Notes: generated by a model from the sequence alone, not told the origin. Shown: positions 28,595 to 38,382, counted from the first letter of the stretch. The stretch is DNA of 52,387 nucleotides from a bacterium (GCA_021781215.1 JAJXXC010000007.1:1-52387), one strand, 5' to 3'. A program made the numbers and translations.

Positions 28595-29821
28595 TTATTC
28601 GAAGTCTGGACTCTGGGTAGCCATATTTTTATATATATACCAGCCCAATCCACCGGCAATAATCGCCGATACGCCACCGACTGCTAAACCAACTCTTGGG
28701 TTAGAATGATCACTTATAAATCCAATAATTGGTCCACCGATTGGTGTGGTACCCAAAAATCCAATTGACCATAGTGACATTACTCGTCCTCTCATCGTAG
28801 GCTTGCTGGTAAGTTGTAATATGGTGTTTCCAAGAGCAATAAACAGTACCGATAGAGCACCAACTAAAACTAGGGCTATTAAGGCAGTTGTTAGACTTGG
28901 CATAAATGCAGCAAGCAATATGCTAAGGCCAAAAAAGATAGCCGTCCATATAAGTTGTATCTCGCGGGAGGCTGATTGTCCGGCGGTGTATAAACCTCCT
29001 AAAATAGCTCCAACTCCAGTGGCTGCCATCATAATTGAATAGGTCTTAGCATTACCGTGCATAGTTATGGTGGCAAATAAAGGGAGAACCACCGGTAGCT
29101 CATAGGCAAATGTACCGATTATGAACATCATAACTAGTGTCGATTTTAATTTTGGTTCGTGCCATACATAATTGAGTCCGGCTAGAATTTGACCAGGTTC
29201 TTTAGTAGATATTGGTGCTCTGTGTAATTCATTCTCGCGCATCATAAATAAGGCTATTAAGACGGCTATATAGGAAATAGCATTAATTATGAAACACTCA
29301 CCGACTCCAACGCTAACAATTAACACTCCGGCTATTGATGGTCCAATAATCCTTGCTGCATTAACCATGGTTGAGTTAAGGGTGATGGCATTTTTAAGTC
29401 GTTCCCCACCAACCATTTCTATGACGAAGGATTGTCTGGTTGGATTATCTGCGACATTGATTAATCCCAAACAGATTGCCAGAAGATATATCATCCATAG
29501 TTGAGCAATATGAGTAATTACTAAAATGCCAAGAATTAATGCCAATATGCCGAAGGATATTTGGGTAACATACAAAACGTGTCTCTTATTGAACCGATCG
29601 GCAATCAGACCTCCCCAGACGCCTAATACTAAGACTGGTAGGAACTGGGCGGCTACAACCAATCCTAGTTGGGTCCCTGAATGGGTCATTTGTAGGACTA
29701 GCCACGATAGACCGATGGTTTGGATCCAGGTTCCCGACAAAGATATACCCTGCCCAATGATAAACAGCTTGAAATTCCTAACCTCAAGTGCTGCAAACGT
29801 GCGTTTGACTGCCAATTCCAT
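28595..29821 (-). CDS. MFS transporter (MFS_3/DHA3-like)
   Basis: About 12 TM helices, GGLIADRFNKR, NAARIIGPSIAG and MRGRVMS. Confidence 0.93.
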   Translation of the reverse strand: MELAVKRTFAALEVRNFKLFIIGQGISLSGTWIQTIGLSWLVLQMTHSGTQLGLVVAAQFLPVLVLGVWGGLIADRFNKRHVLYVTQISFGILALILGILVITHIAQLWMIYLLAICLGLINVADNPTRQSFVIEMVGGERLKNAITLNSTMVNAARIIGPSIAGVLIVSVGVGECFIINAISYIAVLIALFMMRENELHRAPISTKEPGQILAGLNYVWHEPKLKSTLVMMFIIGTFAYELPVVLPLFATITMHGNAKTYSIMMAATGVGAILGGLYTAGQSASREIQLIWTAIFFGLSILLAAFMPSLTTALIALVLVGALSVLFIALGNTILQLTSKPTMRGRVMSLWSIGFLGTTPIGGPIIGFISDHSNPRVGLAVGGVSAIIAGGLGWYIYKNMATQSPDFE

Positions 29822-29927
29822 CAGAATTACCTTTTTATATTAATTTACTTTCTATAATTATACGCTATAAAGAGATCATAATAATCATTTTTACAGAAAT
29901 TTTATGGTAGGTGATATACTATCTGCT

Positions 29928-30116
29928 ATGGAAAAATTATCATTAGAAGGTGCCATACAGACAGATCCAGCGTCAATGGTTGCACCGATAGCAGGGACTA
30001 ATCTCGAGCGTGACGCTTTGCGATTATTAAAAGAAGTCGCACGCAATACTGGACATAGTGTCGAAGAAGTTATTGAAAATAATAGGTTAAATGGCCCAGC
30101 AGAGGCAAAAAATTAA
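29928..30116 (+). CDS. small hypothetical protein
   Basis: TGATATACT ends 7 nt before the ATG at 29928. Confidence 0.5.
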   Translation: MEKLSLEGAIQTDPASMVAPIAGTNLERDALRLLKEVARNTGHSVEEVIENNRLNGPAEAKN

Positions 30117-30148
30117 TTATTATTTGTCTATATTCTCAAAACTTAAAC

Positions 30149-30177
30149 TTGATTATATTACAATCTAGTGTTATAAT
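30149..30177 (+). promoter_or_regulatory. sigma70-type promoter
   Basis: TTGATT-17 nt-TATAAT with TG extension, 8 nt before the ATG at 30186. Confidence 0.65.
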
Positions 30178-30185
30178 AGTGTTCC

Positions 30186-30560
30186 ATGAGTAAATACGAA
30201 ATATCTACGCCTAAAGAATTTTCCCTAAAAGATGAAATTACGTTAGCATTTATTTTCCATCCTAATGATATATATAGAGAACCAGGGTTGGTTATTTTAG
30301 ATATTCCAGACACAGAATTTCTGTTTGGTAGTATTAAGAATAAGCAAGGACGAAGTACACAGGTAGCGTTAGCTAAGTTTCAAGATAGTGAAGTTGCTAC
30401 TTTAATTGTTGATGGCAAGAAATATATTATTGGTGATCATGGCGCTATACCTGAGTCTTACGAGAGTAAGAACTACGACCCAAATGCTCTAGAGACTGAT
30501 TTAATGCAGATAATTAAAAATGTAACTTGGGGCTCAATTGATTCCGGATCGCCAATTTAA
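30186..30560 (+). CDS. hypothetical protein (124 aa)
   Basis: ORF with a consensus promoter; no family recognised. Confidence 0.7.
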   Translation: MSKYEISTPKEFSLKDEITLAFIFHPNDIYREPGLVILDIPDTEFLFGSIKNKQGRSTQVALAKFQDSEVATLIVDGKKYIIGDHGAIPESYESKNYDPNALETDLMQIIKNVTWGSIDSGSPI

Positions 30561-30663
30561 TACTTTTAGAGCAGAGCAGCCGTTAATAAAATATTTTAGA
30601 AAGATTTGAGTGGTTGTGATGTTCAGACAATCACTCCTCTAATGCTATAATAAGTACAAAATT

Positions 30664-31767
30664 ATGCGGGTATATTTAGTACAAGATAATCAAAAAATAA
30701 CAGCTTCGACCTTGCTTTTGACACTTAAGCGAGACGATCAGGAACGTCCACTTGCCTTTCAGCCCGGTCAGTATGCAACTATTAGTTACGAGAAACGCGG
30801 TAAGCTATCAGTTGCTCGTTGTTTTTCAATTGTTAGCTCCCCTACTGATCAAAACATTCTGCAATTTAGTATGCGTGTTCGCGGACGCTTTACCACGGCA
30901 CTTAGTAAGCTGCAAAAAGGTGACATTGTCGATGTATCGGGACCCTTTGGTGGTTTTGTTCTCGATGTAACCAATGATAAAAAAGCAATTTTTATGGCCG
31001 GCGGAATCGGTATCACGCCATTCATGAGCATGCTGCGTTATCTGAGTGCTTTAAAAGATGATAACGATGTAACTTTGCTATACAGTTGCGCAACTCAGGA
31101 TGATGTGCCGTTTGGGGATGAGCTGCTATCAATTCAAGCCGCTCACCCAAACCTTAAAGTTATATTCGTGGTTGGCAAAGGTCCGACCGATAAGTTGCCA
31201 TCAAATCAGGTTGCTAACGGATACATTACAGCTGAACTGCTCGATAGAGTTACCGGCAATAATTATAAAGATCTTAGGTTTTTCATTTGTGGCCCACCAG
31301 TGTACATGAAACCTATGATTAACTTGCTCGCTAAACAAGGTGCTCCTAAGGCCAATATTTTAACCGAAGCTTTTACTCAGTCATCACCAAAACAGACGAG
31401 CACTCTACGTAGTTGGCCGGCTAACGTTTACGCTCTTGGTGCTATCAGCTTCGCACTTGGTAGCTTAGTGGTAATGGTTAGTGATCTTTTAAGAGCATTA
31501 CCACCAACTACATCACTTAGGCCTACCGCTGCTGCACCGTATATTATTACAAACGCTCGAGGGCAACAGCTCGACCAACTGGTTAACAGCATTCCTCCAT
31601 CACCGGATGTTATAACAGCGCCAACAACACCGGCGGTCAGTCAATCTTCGGGTGTTAGTCCCAGCACGATTAACCCACCGCCCCAGAATCTAGCTCCAAT
31701 ATACGCTGCGCCCATATCTGCACCAGCCCCTACCTGCCAAACAACACCGTCAGGAAGATGTATCTAG
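30664..31767 (+). CDS. FNR-family FAD/NAD(P)H oxidoreductase with C-terminal TM helix and Pro-rich tail
   Basis: FQPGQY, RCFSIVS, GRFT, GPFG, AGGIGITPF, FICGPP and EAF, then a TM helix (VYALGAISFALGSLVVMV) and a P/T/S-rich tail ending TCQTTPSGRCI. Confidence 0.92.
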   Translation: MRVYLVQDNQKITASTLLLTLKRDDQERPLAFQPGQYATISYEKRGKLSVARCFSIVSSPTDQNILQFSMRVRGRFTTALSKLQKGDIVDVSGPFGGFVLDVTNDKKAIFMAGGIGITPFMSMLRYLSALKDDNDVTLLYSCATQDDVPFGDELLSIQAAHPNLKVIFVVGKGPTDKLPSNQVANGYITAELLDRVTGNNYKDLRFFICGPPVYMKPMINLLAKQGAPKANILTEAFTQSSPKQTSTLRSWPANVYALGAISFALGSLVVMVSDLLRALPPTTSLRPTAAAPYIITNARGQQLDQLVNSIPPSPDVITAPTTPAVSQSSGVSPSTINPPPQNLAPIYAAPISAPAPTCQTTPSGRCI

Positions 31768-31776
31768 GTTTTTTAA

Positions 31777-32721
31777 ATGCAGTATTATCAGGAATGTATT
31801 GCCCTAGGTAGCAAAACTGGACTGTCACTAGTTAGCAATTTATCACCAGCAAAAATTGAAAGTTTATACCGTGAACTCTGGAAGACAATCTTCTTGTTCG
31901 AACGACATTTTAGTCGGTTTTTACCTGACAGCGAACTGTCGATGTTTAATAAAAATGCCGGAGTAAAGCAAGTTGTAACCACTGAATTTCAGGCAATCTT
32001 AACGGCCGCCAGTAAAATCGCTCATGAGACAGATGGTTTATACAATCCGTTTATTCTGCCAGCTCTACAGGCGTCTGGTTACAGCCACTCCCGCGTACCG
32101 GGTCATGAGCAAGACGTGGTTGATGATCATTCAGATAAGTCGGTTGCAAACATAAATCAACTGGAGCTTGGTGACAATTGGGCAAAAATTCCCTATGGAA
32201 CTGCACTCGATCTTGGTGGCTGCGGCAAGGGTTATTTAGCCGATCAGCTTCGCAGTAAATTACCCAGTACGGTTACCGGCTACTGGTTTTCATTCGGTGG
32301 AGATATTGCGGTCGGCGGACACAATGAGCATAACCAACCGTGGTCTGTTACGGTTCAGGGCGCCGATGATTCATCCAAAAACATAGCTACTGTTAATGCA
32401 GCTGAAATAGCTGGAATTGCAACCTCAGGCACTACGGTTCATAGTGGTAAAAAATTAGGTAGGTCGTGGCATCATATTATAGACTCTAGAACCAACCATC
32501 CGGCCGAGACAGATGTTTTGCTGGCCACGGTCTGTGATGATTCAACATTCCGAGCCGATGTTTTAGCTAGCTGTGCCGTCATTTTGGGAAGCAAACAGGG
32601 TCTACAATTCCTTAGGGATCATGGAGTAAAAGCTGCGGTGTTACAATTTAAAACTGCTAAAGATAAGATTAATACAGTGCATTTCGGTAATGATATACTA
32701 TTAGAAACCATTTATGCGTAG
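31777..32721 (+). CDS. apbE: FAD:protein FMN transferase
   Basis: FSRFLPDSELSMFN, TDGLYNP, DLGGCGKGY, GGDI, ATSG, HHIID and ADVLA. Confidence 0.93.
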   Translation: MQYYQECIALGSKTGLSLVSNLSPAKIESLYRELWKTIFLFERHFSRFLPDSELSMFNKNAGVKQVVTTEFQAILTAASKIAHETDGLYNPFILPALQASGYSHSRVPGHEQDVVDDHSDKSVANINQLELGDNWAKIPYGTALDLGGCGKGYLADQLRSKLPSTVTGYWFSFGGDIAVGGHNEHNQPWSVTVQGADDSSKNIATVNAAEIAGIATSGTTVHSGKKLGRSWHHIIDSRTNHPAETDVLLATVCDDSTFRADVLASCAVILGSKQGLQFLRDHGVKAAVLQFKTAKDKINTVHFGNDILLETIYA

Positions 32722-33463
32722 ATTGTTTGTCATCACCAGCCTAATCATATTATTCTTTGTAGCCGGCTCTATTAACGGTATAACAGTTGTGGCTTCTGCG
32801 GCGACAGCAGCTACTGCTAAAAACCTGAGCACAGCTGATTCTCCTAACATTTTAGTTAACCCAGTACAGGGCCCTGCTGTATCGAAACAACTTGTAACAC
32901 GCGCACGATCTTCATGGCCTTGGTATATTACCCGTGCTGCGGGATTTGTAGCGGCTATTGCACTAGTATTGTTAATACTTTCGGGAATTGGTTTTATTAC
33001 TGGTGCAACATTTCGTTTTCTTGAACCATTAACAGCTTGGGCTACGCACAAGGCCATCGCTTACGTATTCGGTATAGCAGTTGTTGTACACGTTGTCGCA
33101 CTACTATTTGATAAATATGTACCGTTCACGATTGCTCAGGCTCTTGTACCATTTCTATCACATTATCGGACGGTGACAATTGCTGGTCATAATTTAGGGT
33201 CGCTATATGTAGCGCTAGGAGTTTTTGCACTTTATTTTGTGATTGCCATTATATTGACCTCCATCTTTTGGATAGATAAAAAACCACACACCTGGAAACT
33301 GTTCCATTTTATGTCCTATCTTATTATGATATTTGTATTTTTCCACGCATTGTATCTTGGCACTGATTTGATGCATGGCATATTTCGGGTGCTATGGATT
33401 ATTTTTGGTATCGTCGTAGCTATCGCTATTCTTTATCGTCTTCGAAGAAGGAATAAGGCATAA
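32714..33463 (+). CDS. ferric-reductase-like transmembrane cytochrome b (MsrQ-like)
   Basis: WYITRAAG; four His in TM helices (THK, VHV, FHF, FHA); WKLFHFMSY; GTD; N-terminal hydrophobic signal-like segment. Confidence 0.88.
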   Translation: MRRLFVITSLIILFFVAGSINGITVVASAATAATAKNLSTADSPNILVNPVQGPAVSKQLVTRARSSWPWYITRAAGFVAAIALVLLILSGIGFITGATFRFLEPLTAWATHKAIAYVFGIAVVVHVVALLFDKYVPFTIAQALVPFLSHYRTVTIAGHNLGSLYVALGVFALYFVIAIILTSIFWIDKKPHTWKLFHFMSYLIMIFVFFHALYLGTDLMHGIFRVLWIIFGIVVAIAILYRLRRRNKA

Positions 33464-34086
33464 TGGCCCGAACTTCCGAATTGACTACAATCCGAGAAAG
33501 AAACAAACGCAAGCGTCTTGCTGGCTGGGTATTACTGTATCTACTGATCATTCTCGGCTTTATTTTTGTAATGTACTGGCAGACTAAGCGCATTAATACG
33601 CTTAACTTTGCTAGCGGCGTAATGCAACTAACTACCTCGAAAACCAAGTATACGGTTGGCGATACTGTAGCCTACACTCTTAAAAACGGCCTTAGCCAAC
33701 CGATTACACTAGTTAATTCTTGCCCAAAAGAACCTTTATACGTGTACTCGTGGACCAATAATTCATGGACCCGTATTCACGACACAGCAAAAGCATCTGC
33801 ATGTAGCGGTGAGCCTAAGCAACAAATCATAGCTCCCGGTGGATCATATACTCAAAGTCTAGCCAATTGGCCAAATCTTTTTAATAAGCCAGGGATTTAC
33901 CGTATTGTAGGATTAGCAAGTAACTACACAGCACTTCCATATGCCGATTTTCAAGTCGTAGCTAAACCGGTTCCGCCTGCCGTGCAAGTACAAACCCGAA
34001 CCCAGATAATTATTCAGAAAGTCATTACCCCAGTTTACATAACAGTACCAAGCTCCGGCGGCGGTAACGGTGGCGGTGATAATTAG
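33463..34086 (+). CDS. membrane-anchored beta-rich protein with two Cys and Gly-rich tail
   Basis: Basic N-terminus plus TM helix; TSKTKYTVGDTVAYTLKN and PGIYRIV are Ig-like; TAATG coupling to the previous gene. Confidence 0.75.
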   Translation: MARTSELTTIRERNKRKRLAGWVLLYLLIILGFIFVMYWQTKRINTLNFASGVMQLTTSKTKYTVGDTVAYTLKNGLSQPITLVNSCPKEPLYVYSWTNNSWTRIHDTAKASACSGEPKQQIIAPGGSYTQSLANWPNLFNKPGIYRIVGLASNYTALPYADFQVVAKPVPPAVQVQTRTQIIIQKVITPVYITVPSSGGGNGGGDN

Positions 34087-34116
34087 AATTTAATAAAAGT
34101 TTTTAATACAAAGAGA

Positions 34117-34665
34117 TTAATCAAATTTGTATAGATGGACTAGGCCTAATAAAACTAATAACACCATTACGCCGCTGCTAATGAATAGTACAATGGCTAC
34201 TATTTCTGCGATATAGCCAACTGTAGCAAATGCATAGGCATCCCCTAGTAATAGCCCCCTAAGAGTCTCACCCTGGAATAGGGTTGCGGCTTCGGCTTTA
34301 AGTTGAGCATTATTGGGGTTAGCTAGTGACTCTGCGCTAACTTGAGCATAGGTCTGGCCGTTAGCTATTTCGGATAAGTGAACGGCTATAAAGTGATTAG
34401 CATAGGCTTTAGCTTCTGGCCCGGTTAATAGCTGTTTGCCAGCATACTGATTAAGGTATGGTCCAATTTTTGGGCTAGCCAGTGCTGGACTACCGAGTTC
34501 CGGGAAGTAGATTTTTTGAGCAGATAGCTCGTTTCTAACATTCGAGGAGGTAAATGAATAGGTCCACCAAGCTAGGCCGCCCATCGATAATAGAATTATT
34601 GCTGTAAGGGTTCCAAATGAAATTAAAACTTTATCTAAGTATTTTCTACGATTTTTGCTAGTCAT
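34117..34665 (-). CDS. two-TM membrane protein with extracytoplasmic loop
   Basis: TM-loop-TM layout; ELSAQKIYFP, AYANHFIAVHL and LFQGETLRGLLL resemble a conserved family seen in Actinobacteria. Confidence 0.75.
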   Translation of the reverse strand: MTSKNRRKYLDKVLISFGTLTAIILLSMGGLAWWTYSFTSSNVRNELSAQKIYFPELGSPALASPKIGPYLNQYAGKQLLTGPEAKAYANHFIAVHLSEIANGQTYAQVSAESLANPNNAQLKAEAATLFQGETLRGLLLGDAYAFATVGYIAEIVAIVLFISSGVMVLLVLLGLVHLYKFD

Positions 34666-34676
34666 ATTATGTATCC

Positions 34677-35270
34677 TTAAATTAATCTATCAATAATGGT
34701 AGTGCTTTTAGATATTTTATGCAAATTGCTAGTTCCCTTTTGAATATTAAATAGCCCAGCTAATAGAATCAAGAACGCAATTTGAAATATAATTTGCATT
34801 TGTAATAGTAGGCCATTTTTTAAAGGTAGATAGTGAAACATCAATATACCCGATGACAACTCGGTTATAGTCATAGCTATAAACCACCACTTTTTGTATA
34901 GAAAAGTAATTACTAAAGACAAAATTAATTGTAAAGAAAATAAAACTGATCCGAAAAATTCATGTAGTCCGGATAAGTAAGTATATGGAGTTAATATTAA
35001 GCCGATAAACATAGCCGACATAATAAATAAAGCAACGGACATTAATTTATTAATTTTAGATTGTTTGTTGATTGCAATAGCTATATGCCAATAAAGATAA
35101 CTGTTAATTAAAAAAGTTATTGCATATGGAACGACGGTTGAAAAATGAATTCCAAAATAACTAATCCCTGAATTGTTAGTAAGCGACATCGGTCTAATTG
35201 CTACACAAATTATCAGCAGAGCTAGACTTAAAAATATGTTAAGTATGATTTTTCTAGATTGGCTTACCAC
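34677..35270 (-). CDS. multi-pass membrane protein (DUF998-like)
   Basis: About 6 TM helices, GISYFG, LHEFFG; GTG start. Confidence 0.6.
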   Translation of the reverse strand: MVSQSRKIILNIFLSLALLIICVAIRPMSLTNNSGISYFGIHFSTVVPYAITFLINSYLYWHIAIAINKQSKINKLMSVALFIMSAMFIGLILTPYTYLSGLHEFFGSVLFSLQLILSLVITFLYKKWWFIAMTITELSSGILMFHYLPLKNGLLLQMQIIFQIAFLILLAGLFNIQKGTSNLHKISKSTTIIDRLI

Positions 35271-35323
35271 CTTATTAGTTATACTCTTAAAATCGAGCGG
35301 AATATAACCAAAATAAGACTGAC

Positions 35324-36328
35324 TTAAAAATCATTAAAGCTAAAATGCATACTCTTCTTAGCTTTTTCCAAGGTATTTTGGACTTCTTGTCTGGCTCTTT
35401 CAGTCCCAGTTTTTAAGATTTTATTGATTAGCTCAGGGTTTGATTGGTAATATTCGCGTTTTGCTCTAATTGGTTCAAGAAAATCTTCAATAACTTCGAA
35501 TAAGAAATCCTTTACCTCGACGTCACCGATTCCGCCAGCAAGATAGCGTTTTTTGAATTCATTAATTGTTTGTAAATGATTGGGCTTACCCAGAGCATCA
35601 AGATAGATGAATACTGGGTTATTCGAAACATTACCTGGAACATCTTTAGTCACACGATTTGGATCAGTATACATTGATTTTACTTGTTTTCTGACTTGTT
35701 CTGAATCATCTGACAGACTGATTATATTGCCTAGGCTTTTACTCATCTTATTGTTGCCATCAGTGCCGATTAATTTAGCCACTCTTCCGAGTAGTATTTC
35801 CGGAACCACAAAGGTCTCACCATACAGTTCATTAAATTTTTTGGCGATTTCTCTGGTTTGCTCTAGCATCGGCGCCTGATCTTTGCCAACCGGAACGATA
35901 TCGGCCTGAAAGCCTAGAATGTCAGCTGCTTGAGAAATTGGGTAGTTTAAAAAGCCAACCGGAATATTTGTGCCAAAACCTTTTTGCTGCATTTCATCTT
36001 TGACCGTAGGGTTCCTCTGCAGCCTAGATAGAGTTACCAGGTTCATGAAATAAACTGTTAGCTCAGCAAGTTCGGGTATTAGTGATTGAATGAACAGAGT
36101 TGATTTATCGCTATCTAAGCCTACTGATAGGTTATCGATAGCGACCTGAAAAACTGCATCATGAACCCTTCCCGGGTTTTGAAAGTTATCTGTTAATGCC
36201 TGGACGTCAGCTAACATAACAAATGTTTGATGAGTGTCTTGCATCTTAACTCTATTTTCTAGAGTTCCAACATAATGCCCGATATGTAAGTTACCTGTTG
36301 TTCGGTCTCCGGTTAAAATTCTTTTCAC
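35324..36328 (-). CDS. trpS: tryptophan--tRNA ligase
   Basis: TGDRTTGNLHIGH (HIGH), YPISQAADI, VPVGKDQ and KMSKS. Confidence 0.98.
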   Translation of the reverse strand: MKRILTGDRTTGNLHIGHYVGTLENRVKMQDTHQTFVMLADVQALTDNFQNPGRVHDAVFQVAIDNLSVGLDSDKSTLFIQSLIPELAELTVYFMNLVTLSRLQRNPTVKDEMQQKGFGTNIPVGFLNYPISQAADILGFQADIVPVGKDQAPMLEQTREIAKKFNELYGETFVVPEILLGRVAKLIGTDGNNKMSKSLGNIISLSDDSEQVRKQVKSMYTDPNRVTKDVPGNVSNNPVFIYLDALGKPNHLQTINEFKKRYLAGGIGDVEVKDFLFEVIEDFLEPIRAKREYYQSNPELINKILKTGTERARQEVQNTLEKAKKSMHFSFNDF

Positions 36329-36402
36329 TACTTTTTCCTAGATTCTATTTAATTGATATCTATATGGATAGTATAAATGTTTTTGTATGTAACCAGAAAT
36401 AT

Positions 36403-37698
36403 TTACCCTATGATTTGTTTTAAAATTATAAAAAAGATTATAAGCAAAATTAAGATAATTATAATTAGTAACCAAATCCTAGCGTTGATTGAACTCTGTT
36501 TGAAACTACTTCTATCTGCAATCAATTCTTTGGCTGTGGGCTGGTAGGATTCCTTTGGTTGATTATTAACCTGAGTTTGATTAGCTAAATTATCTTTTGA
36601 GTATGATTTGATGAGATTTTTAAATTTACCTCTTTTTTTCATTTCTTTCTCGATAACTTTAGCTGGTTTTTCGCCTCTTAAGATATCGGAAATTATCCTA
36701 ATCCGAGATTTTTGGTCAAAGTTATTTTTATTAAAAAATTGATTTAAGCTCATATTATCAAAGCTAATTTTTTTGGCTATGTCTAGATAGTGATATTGTG
36801 GCGGTGGTTTTGGTGTTTCATTAATAATTTCCATTGGCCTTTCCAACACTACCCTCTCTGGCTCTGCAGTTCGTATTACCTCAGGTTTTTTAGTTACTAT
36901 CTTCTCAATTTTAGGTTCTGATGGTATCTCTTTTCGAACATATAGATTCTTAATTAGCTCACGGGTATGGGTTAGTGATTCCTCTTCATCTAGGTGAGCG
37001 GTCGATTTATTACTCTCTGTGTTGAAATAATCTTTAGACTGATTTTTGGTTTTGGTTGTTGGCTCGGAATTATTATCAGTTTGGTTAGCTGATTCGCGGT
37101 GTTTCGGCCTATCTTCTTTGGCTGATTGATGATGGCTAGATTCCGGCCTACTAGACTTTTGCGCTGCCTGTTTGATAACTTTTTCTTCGGAGACAATTTT
37201 AACTTGGTCTGTCTCAACCGACTCAACAGCAGCTGGGGTTTCTGTCCCATCCTTAATTTTGGTAATTTGATTAACCTGATTAAACTCGACAACATTTAGA
37301 TCATCAGCTCCAAGGTAATCGATAACCTCTTCTAGCGCCTGAATCTTTTCCAGATTATCTTCTTTTACAGATCCTTCGGTCGACTGATCGTCGACTTCTT
37401 CACTCAGCTCTATTATTCGATCCTCGACAACCTGTTTAGCTAAGATAATTGGATCAATATGCTCGGCCATAATCTCAATTTGATCACCAACCTCTTTTTG
37501 CGGTTGAGTAAACAACAAAGACAAGGCATCTTCTTCTTTTTCGTCGGGTTCATTTTCTTCAATAACCGGTCTGTTGGCAACAAAGTTTAAGATACTTACG
37601 GCAAGATGACGGCGTTTTTTCTTATGATCAACTTCATGATCGTCGTCTTCTTCCTCGGCATCATCTTCGATTAAATCGATTATTGAATATTTTTCCAT
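36403..37698 (-). CDS. hypothetical tail-anchored protein with acidic, low-complexity body
   Basis: D/E-rich N-terminal half; single very hydrophobic C-terminal helix. Confidence 0.75.
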   Translation of the reverse strand: MEKYSIIDLIEDDAEEEDDDHEVDHKKKRRHLAVSILNFVANRPVIEENEPDEKEEDALSLLFTQPQKEVGDQIEIMAEHIDPIILAKQVVEDRIIELSEEVDDQSTEGSVKEDNLEKIQALEEVIDYLGADDLNVVEFNQVNQITKIKDGTETPAAVESVETDQVKIVSEEKVIKQAAQKSSRPESSHHQSAKEDRPKHRESANQTDNNSEPTTKTKNQSKDYFNTESNKSTAHLDEEESLTHTRELIKNLYVRKEIPSEPKIEKIVTKKPEVIRTAEPERVVLERPMEIINETPKPPPQYHYLDIAKKISFDNMSLNQFFNKNNFDQKSRIRIISDILRGEKPAKVIEKEMKKRGKFKNLIKSYSKDNLANQTQVNNQPKESYQPTAKELIADRSSFKQSSINARIWLLIIIILILLIIFFIILKQIIG

Positions 37699-37845
37699 TT
37701 GCTTGAAATATATATCAATCCGGTTTGATTTGTAAAATATTTGTTAATAAAAAATTAATCATTTCTGCAACCCTTTATGCTATTGACAACTAATATTCAT
37801 TAGGACTATAACAAGAGTTGTAAACTAAAAAAGGAGAGGGTTTAT

Positions 37846-38382
37846 ATGGCAAAGAAAAGTTTATCAAAGGAATTTAGGGAGGCCTTGAAGATGCAGGGGC
37901 TTCTAACAGTTGCGTTCGGAGTAACAGCAATCTTTTGGCCGGGCTTAACGGTCACAGTATTGCTTTACCTAGTAGGTGCTTATCTGCTAGTAAGCGGTGT
38001 ATTTCACATCGGCTCTAGTGTATCGAGCATGGGAAGTACAAATTGGTGGCTGCTAACTCCACTACTTGGAGTAGTTGAACTTGGCTTTGGTGTATATTTG
38101 CTACGACATACTGCCGTAGTATTTTCTACCTTCGTCACTTTGATCGGATTTGCATTGATAATTAGAGGCTTGATTGAATTAGTCTCTGTTGTCTTTGAGA
38201 GTTTCGGTGAAGAGACAGCTGATCGAGTAACAATGGTAAACGGGTTCTTAGCTCTAGTAGCGGGAATCGTAGTTCTTTATCAAACAAAGACCGCATCAGT
38301 AGCCTTTGTTTGGATTTTGGGTGTATACGCAATTTTGGTTGGTGCTACGCAACTGGCATTAGCTAAAAGACTTTCTGAATAA
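37846..38382 (+). CDS. HdeD/DUF308 family membrane protein
   Basis: Six short TM helices in DUF308-type repeats (GLLTVAFGVTAIFWPG...). Promoter TTGACA 37783-37788 / TATAAC 37807-37812 and AAGGAG RBS. Confidence 0.85.
   Translation: MAKKSLSKEFREALKMQGLLTVAFGVTAIFWPGLTVTVLLYLVGAYLLVSGVFHIGSSVSSMGSTNWWLLTPLLGVVELGFGVYLLRHTAVVFSTFVTLIGFALIIRGLIELVSVVFESFGEETADRVTMVNGFLALVAGIVVLYQTKTASVAFVWILGVYAILVGATQLALAKRLSE

Noticed and set aside
18042..34086. Classical integron with attC sites
   Set aside because: No IntI, genes in mixed orientation, and no repeated RYYYAAC...GTTRRRY hairpins of attC length found by eye.
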